DNA from: an uncultured Candidatus Peribacteria bacterium
GTDB lineage: Bacteria > Patescibacteriota > Gracilibacteria > BD1-5 > UBA2023
Assembly: GCA_964540725.1 (NCBI GenBank)
Contig: CAZINU010000001.1
Span: 159,419-223,418 of the forward strand
Length of the DNA: 64,000 nucleotides
Reading direction: 5' to 3'
Shown here: positions 48,233 through 57,982 of the stretch, piece after piece
Numbering within the stretch: the stretch's first letter is position 1
Layout: every line of letters begins with the position of its first letter
Program-made: the position numbers and the translations under genes
Notes under the pieces: model-generated
Database searches by the model: none
What the model saw: only the letters and a program-made list of their open reading frames with translations
What the model was told of the DNA's origin: nothing

Positions 48233-48817
48233 ATGCGGTACTATATCCGTGTCGCTTCCAAACCAAAACGAAAAACACACGGTATGAACGTTCCCCAGGC
48301 AAACCCGGCCCTCGCCGAAATCCGCTCCCTGAAAGAATCCGCCAAGGCGCAGATTCGCGAAAATTTCGCCATTCCCAAGTCCATCCCTTCGCTCGCGCTC
48401 GTTTCGATCGAAGACGAAGCGCAGCGGAACTTCCTTTTGGAAGGACTCTCCGCTATCGGCATCGCCGCCGTCGCGCTCCACGTCGATTCGGTGCCCGAAC
48501 TCAAGCACGTCGGCGCCATGAAACGCCTTCATCCGAACGAACTCTACGCGTTCGATTTCGTCGTGTTCGACGGAAAGGACGAGAACGTCGACCTCGTAAA
48601 GTGCATGAAATCGGGCATCGTTCCCATCGTATCGCAGAAGAACGTGTTCGCCGGAATCCTGAAAGAATTCAATCCCATGAAGTTCGAAGGCAACGCCTTC
48701 CTCTTCAAGGACGACAACCCCTTCTGCATGTTCGCCCAATCCGTTTCCTACCTTGAGAACGTGAAATTTCCGGAAGACCGCCGCGTCCTCATGAAGAACG
48801 TCCTCTCGACCTTCTAA
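48233..48817 (+). CDS. Small protein resembling the C-terminal half of a GT-B glycosyltransferase (GlgA-like)
   Basis: The product has FDFVVF...CMKSGIVPIVSQKNVFAGILKEFNPMKFEGNAFLF. The similarity is judged by eye. An alternative start is at 48284. Confidence 0.4.
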   Translation: MRYYIRVASKPKRKTHGMNVPQANPALAEIRSLKESAKAQIRENFAIPKSIPSLALVSIEDEAQRNFLLEGLSAIGIAAVALHVDSVPELKHVGAMKRLHPNELYAFDFVVFDGKDENVDLVKCMKSGIVPIVSQKNVFAGILKEFNPMKFEGNAFLFKDDNPFCMFAQSVSYLENVKFPEDRRVLMKNVLSTF

Positions 48818-48957
48818 AACGCCTCTGCCAACCCTCCCGATCGAAAAGGCGGTCCGTATGCACCCGCCTTTTTTCGTTTTGGGAAATGTTTCGGGTCGGA
48901 CGGAATTTTCCGCTCCGTACCCGCTCCTGGCTCTTTTTAAGAGGTAATCTCCATATT

Positions 48958-49020
48958 TTAGCACACTCATATAAAACGTGCTAAAAAGCATTTGACAGGA
49001 GGGGTTGGCACGCATATACT
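48958..49020 (+). promoter_or_regulatory. CIRCE (HrcA) operator followed by a sigma-70-like promoter upstream of dnaK
   Basis: TTAGCACAC-N9-ACGTGCTAA lies at 48958-48984. It is followed by TTGACA (48992)-N17-TATACT (49015). Confidence 0.7.
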
Positions 49021-49052
49021 TGGGTGCGAATTATCCATTGTCTTTTTTCCGT

Positions 49053-50939
49053 ATGTCTAAAATCATCGGCATCGACCTCGGTACCACCAACTCCTGCGTC
49101 GCCTTCATGGAAGGCGGACAAGCCAAAGTGATTCCCAATGCCGAGGGCGGCCGCACCACGCCGTCGGTCGTCGCGTCGAAGGGCGGCGATACGCTCGTCG
49201 GCATGCCGGCCAAGCGCCAGGCCGTCATGAACCCGGCCCAGACCATCTATTCCGCCAAGCGCTTCATCGGCCGGAAGTTCAGCGAAGTCGGCAGCGAACT
49301 CAAGACCGTTCCGTTCAAAGTGACCGAAGGTCCGGACGGGGGATGCCTTATCGAGTTCAACGGCCAAGCCGTCCGCCCCGAGGAGATTTCGGCCAAGGTT
49401 CTCGAAAAGCTCAAGGAAGACGCCGAGAAGTTCTTGAATGAGAAGGTAACCGAAGCCGTCATCACCGTTCCGGCCTACTTCAACGACTCCCAGCGGCAAG
49501 CGACCATCAACGCCGGAAAAATCGCCGGCCTCGACGTCAAGCGCATCGTCAACGAACCCACCGCCGCCGCCCTCGCGTACGGCATCGAGAAGAAGAAGGA
49601 CGAAAGGGTCGCCGTCTACGACTTCGGAGGCGGAACCTTCGACATCTCCATTCTCGAAATCGGGGCGGAGGGAACCTTCGAGGTGCTCGCTACCAACGGC
49701 GACACCCACCTCGGAGGCGACGACTTCGACCAGAAGATCTTCGAATGGATCGTCGAAGAATTCAAGAAGGACCAGGGCGTCGACCTTACGAAGGACCCCA
49801 TGGCCGTCCAGCGCGTCAAGGACGAAGCCGAAAAGGCGAAGAAGGAGCTCTCGTCCGCATCCGAAACCGATATCAACCTGCCGTACATCACGGTCGACGC
49901 TTCCGGGCCGAAGAACCTCTTCATGAAGCTCTCTCGCGCCAAGTTCGAAGAACTCGTCTACGACCTCGTGCAACGCTCGGTCGAACCGTGCCGCAAGGCC
50001 CTTTCCGACGCGGGACTCCAAGCTTCGCAGATCGACGAAGTCATCCTCGTCGGAGGCTCCACCCGCGTTCCGCTCGTCATTAAAAAGGTCGAAGAAATCT
50101 TCGGAAAGAAGCCCAACGCGTCCGTCAATCCCGACGAAGCCGTCGCCGTGGGCGCGGCCGTCCAGGCGGGTATCATCCGCGGCGACGTCACCGACGTCCT
50201 CCTCTTGGACGTTACGCCGCTTTCCCTCGGTATCGAAACCTTGGGCGGCGTCATGACCCGAATGATCGAGCGCAATACGACCATCCCGACGAGCAAATCG
50301 CAGGTCTACTCCACCGCCGCCGACAATCAGGATTCGGTCGAAATCCACGTCCTCCAAGGTGAGCGCGAAATGGCGGGCGACAACAAATCGCTCGGACGCT
50401 TCATTCTTTCGGGCATCGCCCCGGCACCCCGCGGCATGCCGCAGATCGAAGTCACCTTCGATATCGACGCTTCCGGCGTCCTCCACGTAACCGCCAAGGA
50501 CAAGGGAACCGGAAAAGAACAGAAGGTCTCCATCCAGGGTTCCACCGGAATGGACGACAAGGAAGTCGAAAAGCTCGTCAAAGAAGCCGAAGCCAACCGC
50601 GAAGCCGACAAGAAGCGCAAGGAAGGCATCGAAGCCCGCAACCATGCCGATTCGGCCCTCTATCAGGCCGAAAAGACGATGAAAGATAACGAAGGCAAAT
50701 TCGACGACGCCCTGAAGGCCGAAGCCGAAGGCAAGGTGGCCGATTTAAAGAAGGTGCTCGAAGATTCGAACGCTTCGAAGGAATCTATCGAAGAGGCTAC
50801 CAAATCGCTCACCGAGGTAATGATGAAGATCGGTCAGGAAATCTATTCCAAGGCCCAGAATTCGACCGACGCCGGCAATGCCGGACAGGGCGGGGAAGGG
50901 GAGGCTTCCTCCGAGTCGGAGGGAAGCAAGGCGGAATAA
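49053..50939 (+). CDS. dnaK: Molecular chaperone DnaK (Hsp70)
   Basis: The product starts [14 protein letters not shown] and carries [17 protein letters not shown] and a C-terminal lid. Confidence 0.97.
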   Translation: MSKIIGIDLGTTNSCVAFMEGGQAKVIPNAEGGRTTPSVVASKGGDTLVGMPAKRQAVMNPAQTIYSAKRFIGRKFSEVGSELKTVPFKVTEGPDGGCLIEFNGQAVRPEEISAKVLEKLKEDAEKFLNEKVTEAVITVPAYFNDSQRQATINAGKIAGLDVKRIVNEPTAAALAYGIEKKKDERVAVYDFGGGTFDISILEIGAEGTFEVLATNGDTHLGGDDFDQKIFEWIVEEFKKDQGVDLTKDPMAVQRVKDEAEKAKKELSSASETDINLPYITVDASGPKNLFMKLSRAKFEELVYDLVQRSVEPCRKALSDAGLQASQIDEVILVGGSTRVPLVIKKVEEIFGKKPNASVNPDEAVAVGAAVQAGIIRGDVTDVLLLDVTPLSLGIETLGGVMTRMIERNTTIPTSKSQVYSTAADNQDSVEIHVLQGEREMAGDNKSLGRFILSGIAPAPRGMPQIEVTFDIDASGVLHVTAKDKGTGKEQKVSIQGSTGMDDKEVEKLVKEAEANREADKKRKEGIEARNHADSALYQAEKTMKDNEGKFDDALKAEAEGKVADLKKVLEDSNASKESIEEATKSLTEVMMKIGQEIYSKAQNSTDAGNAGQGGEGEASSESEGSKAE

Positions 50940-50959
50940 CCGCCTCTCCGCGACGACGA

Positions 50960-50998
50960 GAATTCCCCGGTTCCGGCCGGGGAATTCTTGATTTTTTT
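50960..50998 (+). terminator. Rho-independent terminator after dnaK
   Basis: GAATTCCCCGG-ttccgg-CCGGGGAATTC is followed by a T-rich tract. Confidence 0.65.
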
Positions 50999-51372
50999 CG
51001 ACAGTATGATGCAATACGCCTTATTTCCTAACCCCTCCCGCCATGAAACTGAAACCGGATCCGAACGCGTCTCCCGAGTACCCGGCCGTCCCTCCTTCCG
51101 TCCCTGCCAACGCCCAAGTTTCGCGCTTTCGCTCCGTATCGGCCCGTATGCGCGTATGCGAGGGGGTGGTCGATCCGGGGGAATGCGTCGGAAGAACGAC
51201 CGGTTGCACGCCGGAGAAATGCGAAATCTTCGCCTCCCGAGTGGCCCGCCTTCTCGTCTGTACGAGAATGGCATGGAATTTGCCCAAACGGAAGTAGGGG
51301 GTTCGGAGCGATTTGACACCCGCAAAACCTTCCATAGAATGCGCCCGCTTCGGTTCTCCGAGGTTCCCATGT

Positions 51373-51447
51373 TGGGGTATCGCCAAGCGGTAAGGCAGCG
51401 GATTTTGACTCCGCCACGCGGGGGTTCGAATCCCTCTACCCCAGCCA
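51373..51447 (+). tRNA. tRNA-Gln (anticodon UUG), CCA encoded
   Basis: TGGGGTATCGCCAAGCGGTAAGGCA matches the tRNA-Gln 5' half, including the U1-A72 pair. The anticodon stem is GCGGA/TCCGC with loop TTTTGAC. The T-arm is GGGGG-TTCGAAT-CCCTC. The acceptor 3' strand is TACCCCA, followed by G-CCA. Confidence 0.9.
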
Positions 51448-51462
51448 TAAGGGTCATAAACG

Positions 51463-51492
51463 CAAAGGGAAGCCGAAAACGGCTTCCCTTTG
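51463..51492. terminator. 13-bp hairpin between tRNA-Gln and the recombinase gene
   Basis: CAAAGGGAAGCCG-aaaa-CGGCTTCCCTTTG. It lies inside the still-open recombinase reading frame. Confidence 0.5.
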
Positions 51493-51555
51493 CCGTTATC
51501 GGAGTTCGAACTTTTTTTCCCGCCCCCCTTCTTCTTTTTGGACCTCGTTAGAACT

Positions 51556-53216
51556 TCACGATGGAAAATGCCTTGGAATAGCGGTTTCAGGCGGAAGTTC
51601 ACTATGCGCCCCCGATGAACGATGACGTAGTCGAAAATCGCTTTCGCCACTCATCGTTTTTTTCGTGGCGGGAAGTTTTTGAAATTGGTAGCGAGCTCTC
51701 TCGCGTAGGATAATGGTTCGTTTATCATCTCCGCGTTCCTTTCGGATACCGCGGGAAGGTTGGCGAGACGGTTCTTCGTCTCTTCGATTTCGACTTCCAG
51801 CTTGGATAACTGGTCGCGGATTTTTTCCTTCAGGAAAGGAAGCGTTTCCTCTACGTAGACCTTTAAGTTCCGTTGGCTTTCCCCTTCGAGCCTTCCGAGT
51901 TTTTTCCGAAGCAGGTTTCCGACGTCTTCTTGGAGTTTCCCTTCGGATTCGAGTCGAATCTCGATTGCCGTTTTGAGAAGTTTCATTTCTTCTTCGTCGA
52001 AGACCAGTTTCGATATGATTTCCTCGTTCAGAAGATTTTCCAGTGTGATGCCCGATATGAACTCGTTGTCGCAAGCCCCCTTTTTATTACAGGAGCAACG
52101 GTAGTATTGGTAGGATTTCTCCTTCTTTTTCTTGGTTTCCGCGGTAAACGGACGGAGCGATCAATTTTTCACGGCCGTTTCGTAATCCGTTCCGTCTCCC
52201 ATTTGGCACGGACAACGGACGATTCCTTTCCAAAGATACACTTCGTTTCATTCCCCCCATCCGCCTTTCGGTCAGCATTTCTTGCCTTCTCGAACGGCCC
52301 GGCATTGGTCGAACAGCCGTTTCGATATCAGGGGTACGAACGTTCCGAGTTCCCGTATCCGTTCGGTATAATCGACGACGACGCTTCATTCGCCGATTTC
52401 CATGAACGGGTATTTTTCTCGCAAGTACTCCCTTGCTTCGTTGTCGGGCATCTTATATTCGATTGCCACCCGACCCCAGTACAATTCCTGCGACAACATC
52501 TTTTCCACGTCCTTTTTCGTGAATTCCTCGATAATCTCGGGTTTTTCTCCGGAACGGTATTTCCGAAATCCGAGGCCGTTCAGTTTTTCTGCCAAGCTTT
52601 CGAAGCTGTACTCCCCCGTGGAATACAGTTCGAAACAGTTTATGACGGCCTCGTTTATCCGATGGTTCGTGTCGATTTCTACGCGCGTATATTTTCCTCT
52701 TCCATTCCGTACGTATCATCTCGGCACTTGTCAGGAAATCGTTCCTTTCTCACGAATGGCACTATCGAGGTTCATGACGCCACCGCGGGATTTCTCCATG
52801 CTTTCGAAGACCGCTTCGTTTATGGCGTCCGCAAGTGCTTTCTTTCCCGACAGCACGGAACAATCGAAGCCTTCCCGTATCGAATATACCTTAACGACGT
52901 TCCCGACCACGTACCTTTTCAGAACGTCTCATTCTTCGAAGTTTCTCGCCAAACGCGAAGCCATGTAGACGAAAACCCCGTCGATTCTTTCGCCTTCGCC
53001 GAGAACGTTCCTTTTCCGTATCTCTTCCAGCATTTCCGTAAACTCGTCCCGACATCCAGCGACGAAGCTCGATTTGTTGTCCTTGAAAACTTTCACGATT
53101 TCGAATCAGCGCTTTCGGCATTCCGTGGTCAGCGCGTCGATTTGAAAGTCGATCGAAACCGAACGGTCCTTGTGTTTCAGACTGCTCCTTCTGGCGTAAA
53201 TGAAGACTTTTTCCAT
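51556..53216 (-). CDS. Large serine recombinase (integrase), 9 in-frame TGAs, 3' end undefined
   Basis: MEKVFIYARRSS...SIDFQ (catalytic Ser) and YMASRLARN mark the resolvase domain. The recombinase domain has PLISKRLFDQCRAV. The zinc ribbon is VRCPCQMGDG...YQYYRCSC. A coiled coil follows, then the C-terminal AIFDYVIVHRGRIVNFRL. There is no in-frame TAA or TAG until 51021, so the frame crosses tRNA-Gln antisense. Confidence 0.85.
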
Positions 53217-53735
53217 TGCGGGCGTGGGTTATGGAACCGTCGGCTTATTACCGTCTCCGAATCTTGAAATCGACGATGGTTCCGCTCGAATCCGTCACCG
53301 TTTCGAGTTCGTCCGTCGGACCGAAATTCATGAAGTACCGGAAAAGGTCTTTTCGGTACTTCCACAGGTAGAGCGCGAGGAGTCCGAAGGCTTGGTTCGG
53401 AAAGTGGTCTTTCGCTTCGGATATTGTCGGTTCGGTCCAATTCCTTTTCGAAGCGTGTTTTCATAAGGAATCGAGAGCGTGCTTGGAAGCTCTCGGAAGG
53501 TTCGGCAGGTTGGCCATGAACCCCCTTACGGCTTCGGAAAGGTTTTCGGCGATGCCGATGGCTTCGGCGGTCGAAATCTCGTTTCAGCGGTACCGGTAGC
53601 CCTTTCCGTCGGGAGAAAGGAGTTTTTTCAAAATCTGCTCGATTTCGCGTTCTTTCCTCGCGTCGTACGGTTGGTTCGCCATAGGATTTCGGGTTAACCC
53701 GTAAAAGATACCGAAAAAATCCGAAACCGAAAATC

Positions 53736-54497
53736 CTACAGCCATTCTGCGACTTTTTTGAAAGAACGATTCAAGGCTTCCTTGCGTTCTTCGTCGCTCC
53801 TTCCGTCGTCTTCCACGAATCACGGAACGAACAGCACGGCGATTATCGGGAAAACGAAGAATCAGGCGGAGAAGGCTTCGAACCATTCGGGCGTGGTACC
53901 GATTCCGTCGAATATCTTTACGGGAACCATAAAAAGAGCGAAAAACGCGAACCAGTGCTTCTTCAAAAGCGTGGTGATGACGAGTATCGCGTAAAGGAAT
54001 CCGAGACCGCTCAAAAGCGATGCCATCGCCACGAAGAAGAGAACGAATCATCGGACGTTCGACGGAATCTTCGAAAGGATTGCGTCGGCGGTTTTGATCG
54101 CTTCGCAAATCCAAGCGAGAACTTCTATCCAAAGGGGGTATCGCGTTTCCTTCGGTCGCGGTTTTTCCACGGTCGGTTTCGGTTCCGACGTCCGCCGAAC
54201 CGAAAGGTTCGATTTGAGGCTTTCGTATTCTTCCATCATCGCAACGAAATCGGCCCCCTTTCATCAGCGGTCTGGGTGGTATTTCATCGCGAGTTTGCGT
54301 TTTTGCCCTTCGAGCAAGGCTTCTTCGCCGACGAAGTACCGGTCTTTGGGGAAGTGTTTCATACGCGCGGTCGGGTAATGGAAAAACCTTTCCGCGATTG
54401 TATCTGGGAAAAATGTCTTGTCCGGTGCTTTAGTGCGGAGATTGCGCGGTACCCGAGTCGATACGCGGAAAACGCCCAGACACGCTCGAACACGCAT
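53736..54497 (-). CDS. J-domain (DnaJ-like) membrane protein
   Basis: KRKLAMKYHPDR-[TGA][TGA]-KGADFVAMMEEYESL restores HPD-x-GG (54261-54266). Hydrophobic helices follow. There are 5 in-frame TGAs in total. The stop is TAG at 53736. Confidence 0.75.
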
Positions 54498-54515
54498 CGG
54501 CTTTTTTCGTCATTT

Positions 54516-55211
54516 TTACGACCTTTCCGATTCCAAAACCCCTCGAACGGTTTCCAAGGTGAGGAGTCCGAAGTTTTCGGGAAAGTACGTTTTCCGATTC
54601 TGGTCTTCGGGGTCTATTCGGAACAGTCCGAGGTTTTCCGTTTTGGAATACAGGATTCGCGATTGCCACTGCTTCATTCATAGGGCGAAAACCTTTCGGA
54701 CGGAGAAGTCTTTCCTTTCCAAGAGTTCCAGCATTCAGGCGAAAACCCTTTCCGATTCGTCCGCATACCCTTTTCCGACGGTTTCGGAACTCCCGGTTTC
54801 GAGCGAAAGGCAAGGAGCCGAGAGCGTTCGGTATCAGGGTTTCACGGCTCCGTCGGACGACTTGCCCGTAAAAAGGAGCACGCACGCGGGAATCTTCGTT
54901 CCGTTCACGCTCGCGGACGTGAAGGAAACGTTCGGATACCCGTCTCACGGAAGGAGGCGGTTCGCCATTTTCCTGAAATGTTCGAGAACGGTTTTCAATA
55001 TCGGCAGTGCCAAGAGCGCGGAAGAAACGGTTTTCGGATCCACTTTCAGTTCGAAGACGACGAAAGATTGCGAACGTACTATCCGTCCGACCATCCGGTC
55101 GGGAGCGAGCGTTTCGTGGAAAGAGAAGAACGCGGGAATTTTCGAAGATTCCACGGCCCTTTCCAACGCGTCGCGGAGCGTCGTCCTATCTTCCATCGCC
55201 GATTTCGACAA
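54516..55211 (-). CDS. Hypothetical island protein (4 in-frame TGAs)
   Basis: ORF 54945-55211 continues in frame through TGAs at 54945, 54834, 54735 and 54678 to TAA at 54516. The composition looks protein-like, but I recognised no motif. Confidence 0.5.
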
Positions 55212-55671
55212 GCCTCGCCATCTCCGCGCGTATCTGTTCCAATTCCTCCGTTTTCTTTTCTTCGCTCATCCCGAGCTCTTCGAGCTTCATTCGGAGCTTG
55301 TCGGATTTCAAATCGGAATCGAAAGGGTTGGAAGAATCCGAAGAGAACGAATCGAGTTCGGCTTTGCGTATTTCGTTTTCGAGTTCGCGTTGGCGGATGG
55401 CGATGGTTTTCAACGCGTGGACGGTAGCCCGTTCCTTTTCGGCGAGTTTCCTGTATTCGGTTTCGGCCTTGGAAAGCGGTTTGCCTTGTCGTGATTCCGA
55501 CCGTTCCGAAGTTTTGGAAGAAGACGGCGTGTGCCAGAATGCGAAGAACGCGACGAGCGCGAGAACCGCTATGAGTCCGAAAGAGTCGCCGTCCGTCGGA
55601 CTTTCCTTCTTGGGTATCGGCTTCGGAGATTCCGTCGCCGTGGCGTACGCCGTTCGGTAAAGTGCGTCCAT
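55186..55671 (-). CDS. Hypothetical TM plus coiled-coil island protein
   Basis: It starts MDALYRT, has a TM helix (FGLIAVLALVAFFAFW) and then an E/K/L-rich coiled coil. The stop is TAG. Confidence 0.5.
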   Translation of the reverse strand: MDALYRTAYATATESPKPIPKKESPTDGDSFGLIAVLALVAFFAFWHTPSSSKTSERSESRQGKPLSKAETEYRKLAEKERATVHALKTIAIRQRELENEIRKAELDSFSSDSSNPFDSDLKSDKLRMKLEELGMSEEKKTEELEQIRAEMARLVEIGDGR

Positions 55672-55740
55672 AGTAAGGGAAAAATGAAGGTGTAATCGGC
55701 GTTTTCTGCGCCTCGTTATCTCCAATGGATGCCACGGACG

Positions 55741-55835
55741 TTTTCTCAAATCTTTTTCCGACTTTTTTCGCGTTTCGACACGCGACCGCACGCCGAAGCG
55801 GAAAAGTCGGATTTTTGAAAAAAGATTTGAGAAAA
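55741..55835. repeat. Long imperfect inverted repeat inside the island
   Basis: TTTTCTCAAATCTTTTT..CCGACTTTT (55741-55766) matches AAAAGTCGG..AAAAAGATTTGAGAAAA (55802-55835). The two arms flank a GC-rich 35-nt spacer. Confidence 0.5.
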
Positions 55836-56357
55836 CGGATCGCTTTTCGAATTGGATGGAAGTTCGGCTCCGTCCGACGGCTTACCAATTCATTTTTTTC
55901 GACATGAAGAAAACTACCGAAGAAACCACGTGAGGATTCTATTTCCACTCCGACGATTTCGAACCGTCGAGAAAGCTCGAAGACGGCGATTCCTTCGCGC
56001 ACTACCGTTTTCATTTCCTTTGCCGGTACGCGCTCGACGTGCGGGGAATCGAGGATTTTTCCTTCACGGTTTGAGAATTCGTGGAAAACGCCAAGGCGAA
56101 GAAGATTTGAAATCCCGAAAAACTCTCGGCGTCGCTTCTCGACGGTTGCGTACCCGAAAACCCGTACCTTTCCTTCTCTATGGAAAACGGGGTTCCGAAG
56201 ATTTCCGTTTCACAGCCGAACTGAAGGGGAAGCATAGGCGAAAACCTCGTCGTGCTCGATTCGGCGACTTGCTCCGCGGTTTCGAAAGACGCCGAAGCGT
56301 TCAAGTTCCTTTGTTCGGTCGTGAAGAACTGCCGAGGTTAGCGAACCGATTCGAAAA

Positions 56358-56396
56358 GAAAAATCCCGAACCGTAGTCAACGGTTCGGGATTTTTT
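56358..56396. terminator. Bidirectional terminator inside the island
   Basis: ATCCCGAACCG-tagtcaa-CGGTTCGGGAT has A-runs and T-runs on both sides. Confidence 0.6.
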
Positions 56397-56743
56397 GAAA
56401 AAGTCGGTTTTTTTCTTGAGAAAACGCGGAACCCATCCATTTCGCAAGACAACGGCTGACCGAGTACAAACGGTCGTCCCAGAGCGGTGAGTCCCCGAGG
56501 ATATAAAACCGCGCAAATGGGTCGCGATGAGCCGAAACGCGAGGCATTCCTTGGCGAACGCAGTCCGATATACGGAACGGGTTCGAACTTCTCCGTTTTG
56601 GCGAAAGCCAAACGAGTGATAAGTCCCTAACGGGATGAGTGGTAGCGACGAGCGTTTTTTCGTGCTCGCTCTTCTTTTTGTCGGTTTTGAAAGAGCGGGC
56701 ACGCCCCACGAATCGAATCCTCAATCGGAACAGGCTACAAAAA

Positions 56744-57982
56744 CTACCGCTCTCTATCTTTCAATAAGACTATGAAATCTTCAAGATTCATGAGCCAGCC
56801 CTTCTGCCTGTCCGTATAGGTTTCATGAAGTTTCTTCGGGAGGATGAGTTGAAGATTTTCACTTCGCATCTCGTCCGTTTGAGATTCGCTGATTGCTGTT
56901 TGAAGAGTGATGAGATGTTTTTTCTCGATTCGTTTCGCTTCGGCTAAAACCTGTCTCCATCTGTCTTTACAGGTTGTCTTCGCGCCCAGCATTGTCAGTT
57001 TACTTATTGGAAAAGCGGGATTTCTGTATTCGTCGATTCATGGAAAGAGGAAATCCGGTTTGGAGCGGTTTTCCGTTATTTCAGTTCTTGAATGCCTGAT
57101 GGATCTGCTTTTGAAAAGATGTTCTATATGGTTTTCCAAACTTGCTCAAGCGCGACTTTTCCTTCTGTTTTGAACATGGAGCGAGAAACCTATGAATCCT
57201 TCAACGTCGGCAATGCCCCGACCATCCATGAATCATTGGGAAAGCCTGTCAGCCAGATGATAACGCTCCAAGGTTCTAAAAAGTACCTCCTCACGTTCCA
57301 TCCACGCCATAAGGACGGAATCTGAATCATCCAAGGCATCGACGCCTTTCAAAGTTTGCCGAGCGTATTCGGAAAAGATTTTCGTACTTGGAAACGAGTC
57401 TTTTCAAAAACGAGAAAGCATATCTTCCAAGAATGTCTCGTCTTCCGTCTCCACCTGAAATCCTATCGCTTCCAAAATTGTTTTTGCTGCGAACTCGATT
57501 CGAACCTGTCAGGTTTCAATTTCGCTCCTGACTGAAAATCAAGGATGGGCTGACGTCGTTAGGCCAAAGAGCCATTCTAATTGGCTGGCGATAGTCGAAT
57601 CGTTTTCGGCAATAATGATCAACAGCCGTCAGTTCGGTAATTTGCCGATGATTAGTAAGTCGCCTTCATTGGCGCATTCAGAGACGCTGGTTGTCGGAAA
57701 ATAGAGCCTATATTCAGAACGTCAGGTTTTCTCGAAACTTTTAGCCCTTGGGTCATACCAAGTCACCGTTCATTCATCCGAGACGGCTTCGTCGTCAAAA
57801 TCGTTGAGGTACAGAAAATGCGCTTCGAAATACTTCTTTTCTTGCTCCTCTCACAACATCGTTTTAAGTCCTTTTACCCCATTGAACTCGTGCTGATTCG
57901 AATTCGCGGGATTCGCTTCGACTGCGCTCAATCGCTTTGCAGCGATGCTCTCAAAATATTTGGAAAGATACCCGTTTTCCAT
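56744..57982 (-). CDS. Type II restriction endonuclease, EcoRII-like (10 in-frame TGAs)
   Basis: Hand-joined 412-aa product. The N-terminus is MENGYLSKYFESIAAKRLSAVEANPANSNQHEFNG. The C-terminus is PDFLFP...GAKTTCKDRWRQVLAEAKRIEKKHLITLQTAISESQTDEM. The family call is from memory of EcoRII-type sequences. The ATG directly follows the methylase TAA. Confidence 0.75.

Noticed and set aside
51021-51650. ORF 51021-51650(-) as an independent 209-aa gene.
   Set aside because: It is the read-through continuation of the serine recombinase frame. It runs antisense across the tRNA-Gln gene and a hairpin. Only its first ~30 codons look like recombinase C-terminus.
55079-56611. A long table-25 ORF (56611 or 56014 down to 55079) as an island gene.
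   Set aside because: Its upstream part spans a perfect 11-bp terminator hairpin. Its middle spans the long inverted repeat. Its downstream third overlaps the convincing TM/coiled-coil gene 55186-55671 in a junk-like frame. At most the segment 56014 to about 55850 might be coding.
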